A stretch of DNA of 64,000 bases from Octopus sinensis (taxonomy: Eukaryota), in assembly GCF_006345805.1 (NCBI RefSeq), contig NC_043004.1:96596001-96660000 (forward strand). Direction: 5' to 3'. A program made the translations under genes and the position numbers. Under the pieces are notes generated by a model, which searched no databases, had not been told where the DNA came from, and worked only from the letters and a program-made list of their open reading frames with translations. Shown here one piece after another: positions 14,635 through 28,809 of the stretch. Each line of letters opens with the position of its first letter. Position 1 is the stretch's first letter.

Positions 14635-15275
14635 AAAAAGAATACAAGAAAATGGGACAAGAACGCAACAGGCAACAAGACAACCAGATAGTTAGATGAT
14701 ACAAAAAGGGACAAGAAAAAACAAGGACGGGTCATTCGGAGTTTTCTTTCGTCAGTCGAGTTTCAGCTGACTTCTCCAATCTGGCCAACCCCGAGGAAAA
14801 TCTAAGCTAAGAGCACTAGATTCCTTGGAAGAAAGCAGCCAATGTATACGAAAACAAGGACAAAACAAGGAAAAAATGGTACACAAGTACAACTGCAAAC
14901 AACAGGTGTCTTTCGACTAAGGACGAATTAAATTAAGCTGGCGTATGTGGAAGTAAAACCTTACAGCAAGGACATAAGAGATTACGGGTATGGGAAGGAA
15001 TATAGATGTTGCATGGATGGTAGTCGAACCAAGAAAGAAAGGTCAGGCTGGGCCGAACACTGTTCACCTGGAAGAAGAGGAGAGAGGTAGAGGCAGAGAG
15101 ATAGAAGAATTAAGGAGGGACGAGAAAAATAGAAAAGGATCAGAGTGAAGTGAAAGAGGAGGGAAGGTGAGAATGAAGGGAAGGCCAGGAAATGTGAGAG
15201 AGGAGGAGTGAAAAAAAGAAGTGTGGAAAGAACGAAGTGTGAAAGAAAGAATAAAAGAATAAGAGAGTCGTACAA
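14635..15275 (-). mobile_element. Non-autonomous repeat, probably Penelope-derived; partial copy at 15870-16020 and relative at 8955-9070
   Basis: Shared AGTTAGATGATACAAAAAGGGACAAGAAAAAACAA..GGGTCATTCGG..TTCGTCAGT. Minus strand carries a CTGACGA..CGAA hammerhead-like remnant. Confidence 0.45.
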
Positions 15276-15278
15276 AAT

Positions 15279-15387
<109 letters not shown>

Positions 15388-15426
15388 TTATAAGAGACCA
15401 AAGTGTACGTACGCCGCTATATGTAT

Positions 15427-15860
15427 ACTCTTTACTTTTTTACTCTTTTACTTGTTTCAGTCATTTGACTGTGGACATGCTGGAGCACCGTCTTTAGTCG
15501 ATGAAGCAAATCGACCCCAGGACTTATTCTTTGTAAGCCTAGTACTTATTCTATCGGTCTCTCTTGCCGAACCGCTAAGTTACTGGGACGTAAAAACACC
15601 AGCATCGGTTGTCAAGCGATGTTAGAGGAACAAACATAGACACACAAACATACACACACACATACATATATATATATACATATATATATATATACATATA
15701 TATATATACATATATACGACGGGCTTCTTTCAGTTTCCATCTACCAGATCCACTCACAAGGCTTTGGTCGACCCGAGGCTATAGTAGAAGACACCTCCCC
15801 AAGGTGCCACGCAGTGGGACTGAACCCGGAACCATGTGGTTCGTAAGCAAGTTACCACAC
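15427..15860 (-). mobile_element. tRNA-derived SINE (family A)
   Basis: Homologous to 9871-10263. Confidence 0.9.
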
Positions 15861-17674
15861 ATCCACTAAAAAGAAAACAAAAAATGAGATAAGAACACAA
15901 CAGGCTAACAAGATATCTAGACAGTTAGATGATACAAAAAGGGACAAGAAAAAACAACGATGGGTCATTCGGCGTTTTCTTTCGTCAGTGGAGTTCCAGA
16001 TTATCTTTGCAGTTTCGATACATAAAGTTAAAATACAAGAAAATGAAAATAACAGACTTTAATCGAAATCACTACAATTGTTTCTGTGCATTAGTATCAA
16101 CCATATCCTGCTGTGGTAGTATATGGTAGCTGATACCTGCAGATGAGCTTTGTAAACCATGCTATAAGGTTATTACCAGTTGATATTATATTATACATAC
16201 ACATACATGCATACAAACATATATATATACATATATGCATATGTGCATACATGTATGCATGCATATATACATTTATATGTAGGTGCAGTTTGACTGAATG
16301 GTTAAGAAATTCACTTTGTAACCAAAAGTTCGCAGTTTCAGTCCTGCTGTGTGGCATTTTGGGCAGCTTCAGGCGGAACCATTCCTTATCAGTGAAACCG
16401 AGTTGAGAGTCGATTGTTTCGTTGACTTCCGACGGCGGTCCGCTTTCATTTTCTCAGCCGAAGGTAGATTGTACCGGCCTTTCAAAAGGTACAGCTTTAT
16501 CACCCAATATGTCATGCTGATTCTGTCAGTAACTATAAGCTAACACATGTCTGTGAAATGCTCAGTCACTTACATATAAGTTTGAGAGCAGCTAATTCAA
16601 TTAACAAAACACGTGAAACTCCATTGTCGAATATACATACATGCATACATGCGTACATACATACATACAGACAGACAGACACACACACACACACACACAC
16701 ACACGCGCACACACCTTTGTGTGTGTAAGCGTACTATGTGTTTGTGTAGTGCGTATCACTATACAAAGATATCTGGAATTGAAGGAATGATATTAACAAT
16801 AACATGAGCTATTGGTTCATTACAGAACATCCGTTCCCATACATTAACGGTTCTAGATGTTATCTATGTCTCCTTGATAAATAAAACATTATATTACAGC
16901 TGATTACAATTTTAAAAAAAGAGCGAAATTGTTGAATTTTCTGAAATTTTCAATTACAATTAATTCAGGAATTTTCAGTTCTCAACAAATTCAAATAAAT
17001 TATCTGCTTTATAACATAATATTCTTGCACTTAAAATTGTTATATAACAAAAAAAAATTCTTTTCTCATCACCATGTGCTTCTGTTACTTACGTGATTTT
17101 TCACATAGTTCTAAAAACACGAAAATATTTTATACATGAATATCTAAAATATAACATACTTTGGACATGGTAATAAAATGATAAATGTTTGTCACATTTT
17201 CAAACGCATTTCGACAAACAATCAGATGATTATGTATTGTTTATCACTGTATCAATATCTTTGCGATATTTTTCTTTAAATATTGCAGCCCCATCTTGAG
17301 CACGCCAATTGTTTAAACAATCAGAAATGTGTATCTAAGTGATATAAGATGTTTCAGCTTCTATATAATTTTATATACCGATTACTTCCCACATTTGTAA
17401 ATATAAATATTCGCTAATCAATTTATTAATCCTTAATTTATCCAATATTATTTCGAGACGTAGTTACAAATGTCGAAAATGAAAAATCAGCTTCTGAAAT
17501 TTGTGGTAAAAAATGTCCCAAATCCACCTGAAAAGTCTACAGTAAATGTTTCGACGAAAAGACAAAGATCTAATCTAGAAAATTAAACAGATGGCATTCA
17601 AGAAGAGCTTGATAACAGAAACTTAAATTACTCCATGGAAAACAATTTCGGTTTCAGGTGTCATAAATACGCCC

Positions 17675-17706
<32 letters not shown>

Positions 17707-18189
17707 CGCTCGAGAACAATTGGAGTCCCATCTTTTTAAATCTATTTAAACGAAAGTTTTCCTTTTTAAATTATCCAACAATTTTCAAGTCATTTTATAC
17801 AAAGATTTAGCAAATTTAAAATTCCAAACACATGCATGTTTCTTCCGAAAAAACCAAAAGTACATAGATACTGTTTGCTGCATATATCATTGACACCTTT
17901 CTCACAGTATCTTCCTGCAAAAGAAAAAACCCCAGCTAAAAACCTCATTTAGCAAAGTTCTGGTGCATTGCATAAAATGCTTCACCAAATAAATACATTC
18001 CGCCTTCTTTCAGTTTGAGTATAATTCCTGCCAAGGTTAACTTTATCTTTCGTCCTTACGGCGCTGATTAATAAAGTATCAAACGAGAGTAATTGCTATG
18101 CTTCTCTGTATTTGCTCTGGCTCTCGCACTTTGTGTTCAAATATTGCTGTAGCCTGATTGGATAGTAGAATTAACCCATTACTCAGTTT

Positions 18190-18500
18190 AACACCATCAC
18201 TTGTCCTTTGGCTGCTTTACGCGGAGTCCGCTCTGTGGTAGGCATCTGGACATGGTCTCTGGTTTGAGGATGACCATTTTCAAAACTTCCGAAGCAAGTT
18301 TTGAAAAGGGTCATCAGCACTTCTTTTCTTTCTGGACTAAGCAGTGAAAAACCATTCTGCTTATTTAAAAGTAAACGAATTAGCAACCAAACTAAAAATA
18401 AATAAGTAGAATCCCAAGTGTTGTGCCAGACATAAATTTCATTGATATATCATAAAGATATCTGGCCAACACCAAATGCAGATTAAAAAATCCGACAAAA
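18190..18500 (-). mobile_element. Decayed CR1/L2-like LINE fragment
   Basis: Minus translation ..PERKEVLMTLFKT resembles the CR1-type post-RT xxRxKEVxLxLFKxLV motif. Confidence 0.35.
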
Positions 18501-19821
18501 AATGAAACCGGTAAAGCTACTACAATACTTTAGATTTTATCATGTAATATGTTACTTCTTTCTCGTTATAGAACATTAATTTATATGTCAACAAGTGATT
18601 CAGTCATATAAATAAAAGGTATCTTTATCAATTTATTCAATATTATCAAAATTTAGTCCTTCTATAGCCAAATTCGTATTTAGAAAACTTGTATCCGATT
18701 AGTGATTTAGCTTTTGCTATTATTATACATACTAGAAAATCTTTGCTATTTCAAGATAATTTTTACGGATTAATGTAGTTGTTAATTAGTGTAATGTAAT
18801 GTTCTTTCCTGTAGCCGGGGAATCTTACAATGGTTTTGTCGTTTGTGAATTAATAATGCTGTACATTTTAGGCAAACTTTCAAAAAGTTTCCACTCCACA
18901 GGCAGTGGTCCGAGAACAAAATTAGCTTAGGGGGTCCAAATTTTTTTATAAACAAGGCCGATTTTTTTTCAATTTTAATATCAAAACAAACACAGATATA
19001 ATAATATCTTTTATTATTATACATGGAAAAGTAATGCTTCAAATCACTCCAAAAAATTTTCTGTCGGGATGTCCAAAGTGTTTTCCTTGCACAAGATCTC
19101 ATGTACATGCATTACAGTACAGGGTGCCAGACAATGTTGTAGCATAATTTTGAGCCCAGCTCAATATTTTGGCAACAAAAAACACCCAAAATAACCTTAG
19201 TGTCTCCGAAATGTAGACAGGAGAAAATCTTCGTGGACATCCTGGTTTCCAGAAACATAACAACATTAACTGATTTGTGTTCCATTCCAGAGCTATCACA
19301 TATCATACCACTAAAAAGGAATATTCAAACTTTTTTCTGATCTGATGTAGGATGTTATGAGCATATGCTTCTAAGATTTCATTTTATATGGTATCAGACA
19401 GGAAATTAACTAATCGTCTAGGTTGCTGTCTTACGTCTACACCACATTCTTCAGCAAGTTCTTCTATGAGATTTACAAAATTTCCTGTGGCACATGTTAA
19501 CTTTCTCTTCAAAGATGAGGCTAAAAACTTCATTTATCTTTTACTAAGGATATTCATTGATCCTTCAACAATGAAACTATAAACTGCTATTATGTTTTAC
19601 TAAGGATTTCCTTAATTCTCTGATCATGAAAGTGCTAACCACTATTATCTTTCATTAAGTATGTTCTTTAATTCTTCAATGAACTGGTAACTACTAATAT
19701 CCTTTATTAAAGATATTCTGTAATGCTTTCTCTCCAAATACAATATAGTTGGCTTACTTGAAAATCTTTGCTCAATGACATATGATACACATGCTCACCT
19801 ATTCTAGAAACAACTGTAACA

Positions 19822-19995
19822 TCATCATCATCATCATCATCATCATCGTTTAACATCCGCTTTCCATACTAGCATGGGTCGGACGATTTGACTGAGGGCT
19901 GGCGAATCAGATGGCTGCACCAGGCTTCAATCTTGATCTGGCAGAGTTTCTACAGCTGGATGCCTTTCCTAACGCCAACCACTCCGAGAGTGTAA
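19822..19995 (-). mobile_element. RTE-tail repeat (family B)
   Basis: (CAT)n-CGTTTAACATCCGCTTTCCAT...CTACAGCTGGATGCC. Confidence 0.85.
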
Positions 19996-20449
19996 CATAT
20001 TTTATGTATTATTTCTTAATAACTTATTTATGATAACTACTCTACAATTATGTTTGAATTATAAATTACATGTTCTAAAGTTATACCACATGTTTTACTT
20101 GCTTGCCTCACTTTCTAACATATATCAACAAGCTCAATGGCGAAGCACTTATAGATATCTTTGATAGGCGGCTTCAACAATACCTTCATTTCAGCTGTAG
20201 TTCAAGCTGGAATTTTAGTGTCAAAACAACCTGAGCACTTATTGTACGTATCTATTACATTATGTCATCAGATGCAATTAAAAAAAATATATAGTATGCA
20301 TATATACAATGGCTTCAAATATTGAATATATTACATTAAGATAACTATGATTTATGCTGGAGTTAGAAAAAAAATTCTGTATGATACAACCCTGTCTTTA
20401 GTTGAATGTTGAATGTTGTTTCCAATACTGATAGGGTTTTCTTAAACTT

Positions 20450-20454
<5 letters not shown>

Positions 20455-20483
<29 letters not shown>

Positions 20484-20600
20484 TGTATGTATGTATGTAT
20501 GTATGTATGTATGTATGTATGTATGTATGTATGTATGTGTGTGTGTATGTATGTATGTATGTATGTATGTATATATGTATGTATATATGTATGTATGTAT
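20455..20600. repeat. (TATG)n microsatellite
   Basis: Direct reading. Confidence 0.97.
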
Positions 20601-20604
20601 GTTA

Positions 20605-21138
20605 TGTCAGGTCACTTTCGTGTGCTACTGGTAACATGTAACCCAGTACAACCTGTTGCATGGTCGGGTCGTCGGCGACTAAACTGGCAACCCCACCAAG
20701 CTTGCTTGGGGAGGAGGGTGTTTATTGGACACCCTGCAGGATGAAAACAAAACCCGTCAAAGGGTGGAGGATGTCTTAAGAGTCAACGGCCATCCAATAA
20801 ATGTCTTAAGGCTGTATCATGCGCGGAGATATAGAAATAATCGGAGTGAATACCCGATCGCACGGTTAAACCATTGTGAGTGAAGGACTCCTAGCCTTTG
20901 TAAGGGCATCCTTCTAGGAGAAGGTAACTAAGGTAACTGGGATAACTCAGTGGTTACCGATGATGTTGACTTGTTCTTCTTTTCGGATTATGGCTGCTGT
21001 TGCTTAGTGAGTGGGATTGACCCAGTGCACAGCCTTTCCTCACTTTAAAATTTTTTCTTGCACAGGCATTGCATGATAACAACATTGATTAAGCTTTGTG
21101 CAATGGCCATACTCGATAACGAGGGGGCAGTCACCACA
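20605..21138 (+). mobile_element. GC-richer repeat resembling an RTE-clade LINE 5' UTR
   Basis: Motifs TAAACTGGCAACCCC and GGGCATCCTTCTAGGAGAAGG resemble RTE 5' UTR motifs; bounded by (TATG)n on both sides. Confidence 0.4.
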
Positions 21139-21171
21139 ATGTATGTATGTATGCATGTATGTATATATATG

Positions 21172-21246
21172 TGTGTGTCTTCGGGAAATTTTGAACCTGT
21201 GTTCTCATTCCTAAGATATTTTTCGATGTTATTATCATTATTATTA

Positions 21247-21281
<35 letters not shown>

Positions 21282-21520
21282 ATTCACTGCCTGGAATCAA
21301 ACTCGGAATATTGGGGTTAGTAGCCCGCGCTCTTAACCACTACACCATATGCCCATGGGCAATTATGGAGTGAATTTTAGGGCTTATAAATCTAATATTT
21401 TTCTATCTTTTCTTAACACCGGTTCCCATATGCTACTCATTTCTGCACTCGATCTGCTTAGGATATTGTTGTGTCCTAACATATGTGCTGGTTCTTTTAG
21501 TCTCCATATTTTCCATCATC
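21172..21520 (-). mobile_element. Penelope-like 3' end followed by a tRNA-like cassette
   Basis: Minus 21515-21390 translates WKIWRLKEPAHMLGHNNILSRSSAEMSSIWEPVLRK (PLE GIY-YIG C-terminal pattern). It is followed by TGGTGTAGTGGTTAAGAGCGCGGGCTACTAACCCC..GAGTTTGATTCCAGGC (A/B boxes) and an (AAT)n tract. Confidence 0.6.
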
Positions 21521-21984
21521 TATTAAATATAGAACAATACTTTCTAATAATACTCCAAAAACTAAGGTCTAAAATTATTAGCTGCCAAAGACAACTGCAC
21601 GACTGCAAAATCAAATTGTATGAATAAAATTTCAAAATATTCCCATCTTTCAAAATATAGGAAGAAAATTATCAAACGTGAAATTTAAAAGAGTACGTTA
21701 TAAGAATTGTAAAGCTGAAACTAAAACAGAGATAGTGAAAACCATTACAAAAAGCAATTAAATGTATGCAGATTATCATATAACACACGTTTTAAAAAAA
21801 TTAAAAACAGCAAAGAAGAATATACAAAATCCTCCTACCATCAGGTCTGAGCTAATCTGAATTTTCTAAAAGAATAATTTATGCAATTAATATTTTAAAA
21901 GTTCAAACTTTCTTTATATATATATATATATACCAGTACTTACTCAAGAAGTCTCATACTCTGCAGTAGAAATGTTAAGGCTGC

Positions 21985-22256
21985 TTCCCATGGTAAAGAG
22001 GATTGGCTTGCAAGAGTTGTGTGCTGGTGCCACGTAAAAAGCACTTGTGCCGGTGCCACATAATAGCGCTCATGTGGTGTCACGCAAAAGTATTCAGCAC
22101 ACTCTGTAAAGTGGTTGGTGTTGGGCAAGGTATCCAGTGGTAGAAACTATGCCAAATGTGACTGGATCCTGGTTCAGCTCTCCGGTTTGCTAGCACAGGT
22201 CAAGCCACCCAACCCATGGCAGCCCGGAAAATGGATGTTAAATGGTGATGATGATG

Positions 22257-22258
<2 letters not shown>
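21985..22258 (+). mobile_element. RTE-tail repeat (family B)
   Basis: GTGCCACGTAAAAAGCAC...CCAACCCATGGCAGC..GTTAAATGGTGATGATG. Confidence 0.75.
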
Positions 22259-22288
<30 letters not shown>

Positions 22289-22289
22289 G

Positions 22290-22470
22290 AAGGGAGAATT
22301 CACAAAAAAAAAACGAAAGAGGAACACAGGTGGTGTAGACAACAAACAGATGTATTAGTATAATGCTCGTGAAGTGAAAAAGCCTTTAACATTTCGAGCC
22401 TACGCTCTTCCACAGAAAGGAACACAGAAAGAAACAAGGAGAGAAAATAAAGAATGTGTAGTGGCTAGTG
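22290..22470 (-). mobile_element. Penelope-like terminal-repeat fragment with degenerate hammerhead
   Basis: Minus 22419-22384: cttt-CTGTGGA-a-GAGC-gtag-GCTC-GAAA-tgtta-aag; related to 58200-58400 (+). Confidence 0.55.
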
Positions 22471-22807
22471 ATCTATATCTATGCGGAATAGATGAAACAG
22501 GGACAACTGAAGAAATGGAATATTTCTTGTGTTGTATGTCGTGTACTCTGTTTTTTTCGTTGTTTGAAAAAAAGTTCGTTACTATGTTTTTGTTTTTATG
22601 TTTACGTTTCTCATTTTGTTCCACGTTTTTTTAATGTCCTGTACCCATATATGCATGTATATATACATATATATGTAGGTATGTACATATATGCATGTAT
22701 ACATGCATATATTTATATATTATTTATATTATATATATATATATATGTATATACATCATCATCGTTTAACATCCGTTCTCCATGCGTTAAACGATGATGT
22801 TGTATAT

Positions 22808-22853
<46 letters not shown>

Positions 22854-22870
22854 AATATTATATAAATATT

Positions 22871-22913
<43 letters not shown>

Positions 22914-23150
22914 TTAGAGATAAAATCACTATTAGGCAAATCAAACAATGAAAAACATAAGCCAATACATAAAATTAATTAATTTATATTATTTTAAATA
23001 TATATCAAAAGTATTAAAACTTAATAAAAGATAAAGAGTAAAACACTACGATCTCCTTGTCCTGACATTATGTAATGCTTGTAAACGAATGTCCCTGTTA
23101 TATAGGCAGTGTCCTCCATTTCTAATCATCTGTGAAACATATCCTGCAAT

Positions 23151-23224
<74 letters not shown>

Positions 23225-23779
23225 AAGAGAGAGAAAGGGGAAGTGAAAGAGTTGATAATGTCTAAAAAGCCAACTGATTAGCTGTAGATGGAAATGGTGG
23301 CAAAAGTATCTCAGCAAAAATTTTGCCTTTTCACAACTCTAGGGTACTTGTTCACAGACGCAAACTTATGAGTGTACCTGTGTGTGCATGCATGTATATT
23401 TACATCTGTGTGTTTATATAAGCATGCATGTATGTACGTTTGTTTACCTGTGTGGATTTTGATATATTTCGAAAGCAAAATTTCTTTCGTGCATATGCAG
23501 CCGAAAGGTCATCCATATGTCCATTTTTATCAGTTTAATGTTAAGTTATACTTTTCTTTAAATCTAAAGTTAGATTAAAGATCAGACTAACCAAGGTCAT
23601 ATTTTGACTGACATTTTAAATATTGTTGACTAATTTTTAGTTATTTATTCCCAAATTTTCAAGGCACAAACAAATATAACATTTATGTAGTAGTATGATC
23701 TTCATTTCCAAATATATTTACATACAAACATGAACAAATGTGTCCCCCCCATCCCCCTCCTCCACCCACCCCCTCCTCC

Positions 23780-24085
23780 TCATTGTCATCGTCGTCATCA
23801 TCATCATCATCATCATCATTATCATCACCATCGTCATCATCATCGTCATCATCACCATCATCATCATCATCGTCATCATCATCATCATCGTCATCATCAC
23901 CATCGTCGTCGTCGTCATCATCATCATTATCATCACCATCGTCATCATCATCGTCATCATCACCATCATCATCATCATCGTCATCATCATCATCATCATC
24001 GTCATCATCACCATCGTCGTCGTCGTCATCATCATCATTATCATCATCTCATCATCATCATCGTCATCGTCATCGTCGTCGTTGT
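23780..24085. repeat. (CAT)/(CGT)n trinucleotide tract with an internal ~110 bp duplication
   Basis: Direct reading; explains the poly-H/S/I/M ORFs. Confidence 0.95.
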
Positions 24086-24361
24086 TTTCACGTCTGTTTT
24101 TCTGTACTTCCATAGGTCAGATGGTATTTGTTCTGCCAGATTTTCTAGGGTTGAATGCATTTCTTGTTGGTTGCTAACAATTGTCTGTTACCAAGCAAGG
24201 TGACATTGCAGGATATGTTTCACAGATGATTAGAAAAGGAGGACACTGCCTATATAACAGGGACATTCGTTTACAAGCATTACATAATGTCAGGACAAGG
24301 AGATACATATACACCAATGCAAAAATATACAGAGGCTTGCATGTGCACATATATGTATGTA

Positions 24362-24655
24362 TATGGCTGAGTGGTTAGAGTGTTGCATTCACGATTGTCA
24401 GGTTGTGGGTTCGATTCCCAGACCAAGCATTGCATTATGTTCTTGACCATAACACTTCATTTCACATTGCTCTGCAATCGTTTCATCATCTGACATGTGG
24501 CACGTGATGCACCTGTACATGTAATGTCGATTTGATGGAGTGAGTGAGCTTATGTGTGTACAAACATTTGATCACTATAAACAAATCATTTGTGTGGTTG
24601 TTCGCCAATTTCTTGCCGAACACTCATATGTTGTCTAATGACATGAGAGTCCATA
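24362..24655 (+). mobile_element. tRNA-derived SINE (family C)
   Basis: TGGCTGAGTGGTTAGAG (A box), GGTTCGATTCC (B box), then TGTTCTTGA..AACACTTCATTTCACATTGCTC shared with 61845-62105. Confidence 0.8.
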
Positions 24656-25497
24656 ATATATACATACATTTTGAACTACATTAAAGGAATGCACACACAC
24701 ACACACACACACACATATATGCATATGCATGTATGTTAATGTGTATATATGTATACATGCATCTATCAAAAGTTGACCATCAATTTTTGATATAAATATC
24801 AACACACTCTACCCAAGTTATTGAGTTCTTATACTGGTTAATATTTGCAGAATGTAAAAATATTTTTTGATGTATTTTACAATTAAACATAATAAATATT
24901 GATATGTGTGTACTTCTGGTTGCTGTACTTTATTATGAGTCTCAATAACTGAAAATGTATTCTACATTTTCAATATCGTTTAATTGTTTCTGTTATACGT
25001 TAAAATTGTAACCCTTCTTTTTGAATAAATCTTAATCAACTCCTCATTTGCATCTAATGACAAGTTTTATTTCAGTTTCCTACTTTGTAATATAAACTCT
25101 AATTGTCCTTTCTCTACTTTATTTATCCTTTTCTGATTAATTATTTAATCAAGAAACGCATATTTTTATCTCAATTTTTCCCTTTATCTTGTTATTCACA
25201 CGAGTGTGTATGTGTGTGTGTGTGTGTATGCACATGTGTGTGTGAGCATATATATGTACATATATGTATGCATCCACTTCTCTGCGTGACTGCTTCACAG
25301 CATAACAATTATTTATTGATTTGGAAGTCATCAGCGCAGTTCTTTTTTGGGACCTTGCTTATACATTTTTAATATTGTCTTTCAATTTTTAACCTTTTTC
25401 TTTAAAATGTGGGACTTTCAGTTGTTAAACTTTTGTTGTGTTGCATTATCATTTTATTCTAAACATTATCCTTTTTCCCTTGAGATATTTCTCTCAC

Positions 25498-25528
<31 letters not shown>

Positions 25529-25842
25529 TTGATGTATAATGTGTTCTAAGTGTCTTGAAGAAAATATTTTGGCACTGAGACACTTTTACAGCCATAAGAT
25601 ATTTAGTAATATAAAACAATGTACACTCTAAATCATCCTCATATTTGGCTGCTTTTCCTTCTCAGTCTTTTGTTGGTTTGTTTTCATCCCCATAACTTAG
25701 CAGTTTGGCAAAAGGGACAGATGGAATAAGCACTAGACTTACAAAAAACAAGTCCTGGTGGTTTATAAAAAAACGAGTCCAGAGGTGTTCCAGCATGATT
25801 GGTGTCATATGACTGATACAAATGAAAAAATAAAAGAATACA

Positions 25843-26252
25843 TTCTTTTGCTCTTCTACTTGTTTCAGTCATTTGACTGCGGCCATGCTGGAGCGCCGCC
25901 TTTAATCGAGCAACTCGACCCCGGGACTTATTCTTTTCTAAGCCCAGTACTTATTCTATCGGTCTCTTTTGCAGAACCGCTAAGTAACGGGGACTTAAAC
26001 ACACCAGCATCGGTTTTCAAGCAATGCTAGGGGGACAAACGCAGACACACAAACACATACACGCATATATACATATATATACATATATGCGACGAGCATC
26101 TTTCAGTTTCCGTCTACCAAGTCCACTCACAAGGCTTTGGTTGGCCCGAGGCTATAGTAGAAGACACTTGCCCAAGGTGCCACTCAGTGGGACTGAACCT
26201 GGAACCATGTGGTTGGTAAACAAGCTACTTACCACACAGCCACTCATGCGCC
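25843..26252 (-). mobile_element. tRNA-derived SINE (family A), flanked by opposite-strand 3' halves at ~25685-25835 and ~26280-26500
   Basis: Homologous to 9871-10263. Confidence 0.9.
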
Positions 26253-27100
26253 TTATATGTATATATAAGCATGTCTTTGTATCTGTGTGTGTCCCTCATC
26301 ACCATACAACAACTGGTGTTGGTGTGTTTATGTCTCTGTAACTTAGCGGTTCGGCAAAACAGACCAATGTAATAAGTACCAGGCTTTCAAAAGTAAAGTC
26401 CTGGAGTCAATTTTTTTTACTAAAACCCTTCAAAGCAGTATCTAACATGGCCGCAGTCAGAAAACTGAAACAAGTGAAAGATAAAAAAGATTAAAGATAA
26501 AAAAATAAGTGATAAGATATTTTCTATTTAAAATCTGCCTTATACTCTGACGAAATGATTACCTCCCTCGCAAAAGCCTTTGACTGGTAAGGGAGCCACA
26601 TGTGCTTAAATTTTAGCTGTGATTTCATGAAAATTCATTTTAAGCTACTGATGATAGTCAATCAAGGCTTGTGTGATTATTCATAGATGTCTGTTCCGTT
26701 ATGCATACGAGGGAATAAAATATAGAAATAACAGCTTGAAATGAAGGTCTACACCTCAAAATTATTTTGACAAATGATTTCTGAAATTGTTTGTAGCAAA
26801 AACTGAAAATATTGGCTAATATAAAATATTTTCACAACAAAAATATTCCCTGGAAAGTATTATTGTCTATGAAAGCATTAAGATCAGTAAGGAAGTGTCA
26901 AAAAGTGTGTTCTTTATGGAGGTACCATATGTATTTCAAATTTTATGTCCTTCACCTTGGATTTTCTTCAGATGATGGTTGACTAAGCATTTCCTTCCTC
27001 ACATTCAATGGCTTTCAATACATACATATCTAATTGTTTTTCTCCATAAAGTATTGAGTTTATTATTCATATTTTCAGATCTTAGTGTGTCACCCTCTCT

Positions 27101-27157
<57 letters not shown>

Positions 27158-27169
27158 TCATCTGAAGTA

Positions 27170-27455
27170 GCCAAGCTTCTCCTTGGTTGCAAGACACCTT
27201 TTCCTTTCCCTCAATGTGACTCCCTCTTCAGCAGAGGCATCTTGTCTTGCAAAATACTCTATGACCTCACTGTTGTTGGTTCCACATTAAAAGCATCCAG
27301 CACAGTTTATAATGTAATTGGATTTAGGAAGAGCATTTTGACCATACAAACCATGCCAAAGCAGATGGTAGCCCTTGGTGTAGTCTTCTGATCTGCCAGT
27401 TCCTGTCAAACCATTCAACCCATGCAAGCATGGAATATGGACTTTAAATGATGAT
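27170..27455 (+). mobile_element. RTE-tail repeat (family B), degenerate
   Basis: ..CCATTCAACCCATGCAAGCATGGAA..TAAATGATGAT. Confidence 0.7.
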
Positions 27456-27589
27456 CACACACGCAAACACACACACGCACACGCACACACACACACACAC
27501 ACACGCACGCATATGCACGTACACACACTCAAACACATATACACACATACATTTATAGAAGGAGAATGATATATATATATATATATATC

Positions 27590-27622
<33 letters not shown>

Positions 27623-27623
27623 G

Positions 27624-27624
<1 letters not shown>

Positions 27625-27657
<33 letters not shown>

Positions 27658-27747
27658 GTAGGTAGGTAGTAGATTGGTAGGTAGGTAGGTAGATTGGTAG
27701 GTAGGTAGGTAGATAGATAGATAGATAGATAGATAGATCGATAGATA

Positions 27748-27800
<53 letters not shown>

Positions 27801-27801
27801 C

Positions 27802-27892
<91 letters not shown>
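27625..27892. repeat. (GATA)n/(GGTA)n microsatellite
   Basis: Direct reading. Confidence 0.97.
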
Positions 27893-27893
<1 letters not shown>

Positions 27894-28241
27894 TTTTCAG
27901 TTGTCTACAAGTCAGAATATAAAAGCACACTAATAGAAATCTTGAGCAGTTATATTTCATGTATTCAATAGTAAATCCTTGGTTATGACATATTATCAAT
28001 CAGAAAGCTACCATTGGTTTTGCATCTCCTACTGCAGTTGGCAATTTAGACAACACATTAGACATGCTGGCTGAAAGCACATAACCTCTTTACTGATGGA
28101 GGTAAAAATACATTCTTGGTCAAGAAGCTTCTTGAGTTAAACAAGTGAGATTTTTATCTACTGCTCTGATGACAGAAAATTCATTTGGAAATGTAGTCTT
28201 GCTTTTACAAATTAGGAAAGGAAAAGAAAATGTATGCCAGT

Positions 28242-28328
28242 ACAGCTAACCCACTTCAGCCACAGCTGACTCAACTCAACCACAGCTGACCCACTTCAGC
28301 CACAGCTGACCCAATACAACCACAGCTT
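28242..28328. repeat. 20 bp tandem repeat x4
   Basis: CACAGCTGACCCACTTCAGC and variants. Confidence 0.85.
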
Positions 28329-28503
28329 CGGTCATACATGGAGAAGCAACACTTCTTTTCCTCTGACTAAGACCATATATTTTTGCTTCCACCAGTAAAG
28401 AAGTCTAGCATGTCATATAGGTTGACTATATTTTCAAGTGCAATAGTAGATGCAAAACAACTGGTAAATTTCTTACTAGTTATATGTTATAACTAAAGAC
28501 ATA

Positions 28504-28684
28504 CTATATTTTAACGTGTATAGGGAACCCTTTTTGTCAACAATTAGGTTTTAAAAATATGGGAGTTTCTTATATATGGATAGTATTACAATCCCTTACA
28601 AAACCTTTTTTCTGAATTTTAAACCCCTGCACCAAATTCGGGGATCCTTATATACGAGGGTTCCTTATACATGTTAAAATACAG
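28504..28684. mobile_element. Tc1/mariner-superfamily MITE (Tc2-like termini)
   Basis: TA|CTATATTTTAACGTGTATAGGGAACCC ... GGGTTCCTTATACATGTTAAAATACAG|TA: ~27 bp imperfect TIRs with TA on both sides. Confidence 0.75.
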
Positions 28685-28809
28685 TAGTACTTGAACACAT
28701 GAAAGTATCTATCTATCTATCTATCTACACACACATACATAATCACATAAGTATATATATATATAAGTCAGTAAATGGTGGGGTTGTGTTAACTGCATGT
28801 GGAGAAATG

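Noticed and set aside
14725-14770. CTGACGA..CGAAT motif as an active hammerhead (also ~8995, ~15985)
   Set aside because: Lacks GAAA and clear stems I/III; at most a decayed remnant.
19530-19725. Degenerate ~50 bp tandem repeat (ACTATTATCTTTTACTAAGGATATTC-like)
   Set aside because: Low identity in AT-rich sequence; nothing suggests function.
24362-24435. Functional tRNA gene (also 21280-21355 and the SINE A heads)
   Set aside because: A/B boxes are present but I could not form a convincing acceptor stem, and the sequence continues into repeat bodies.
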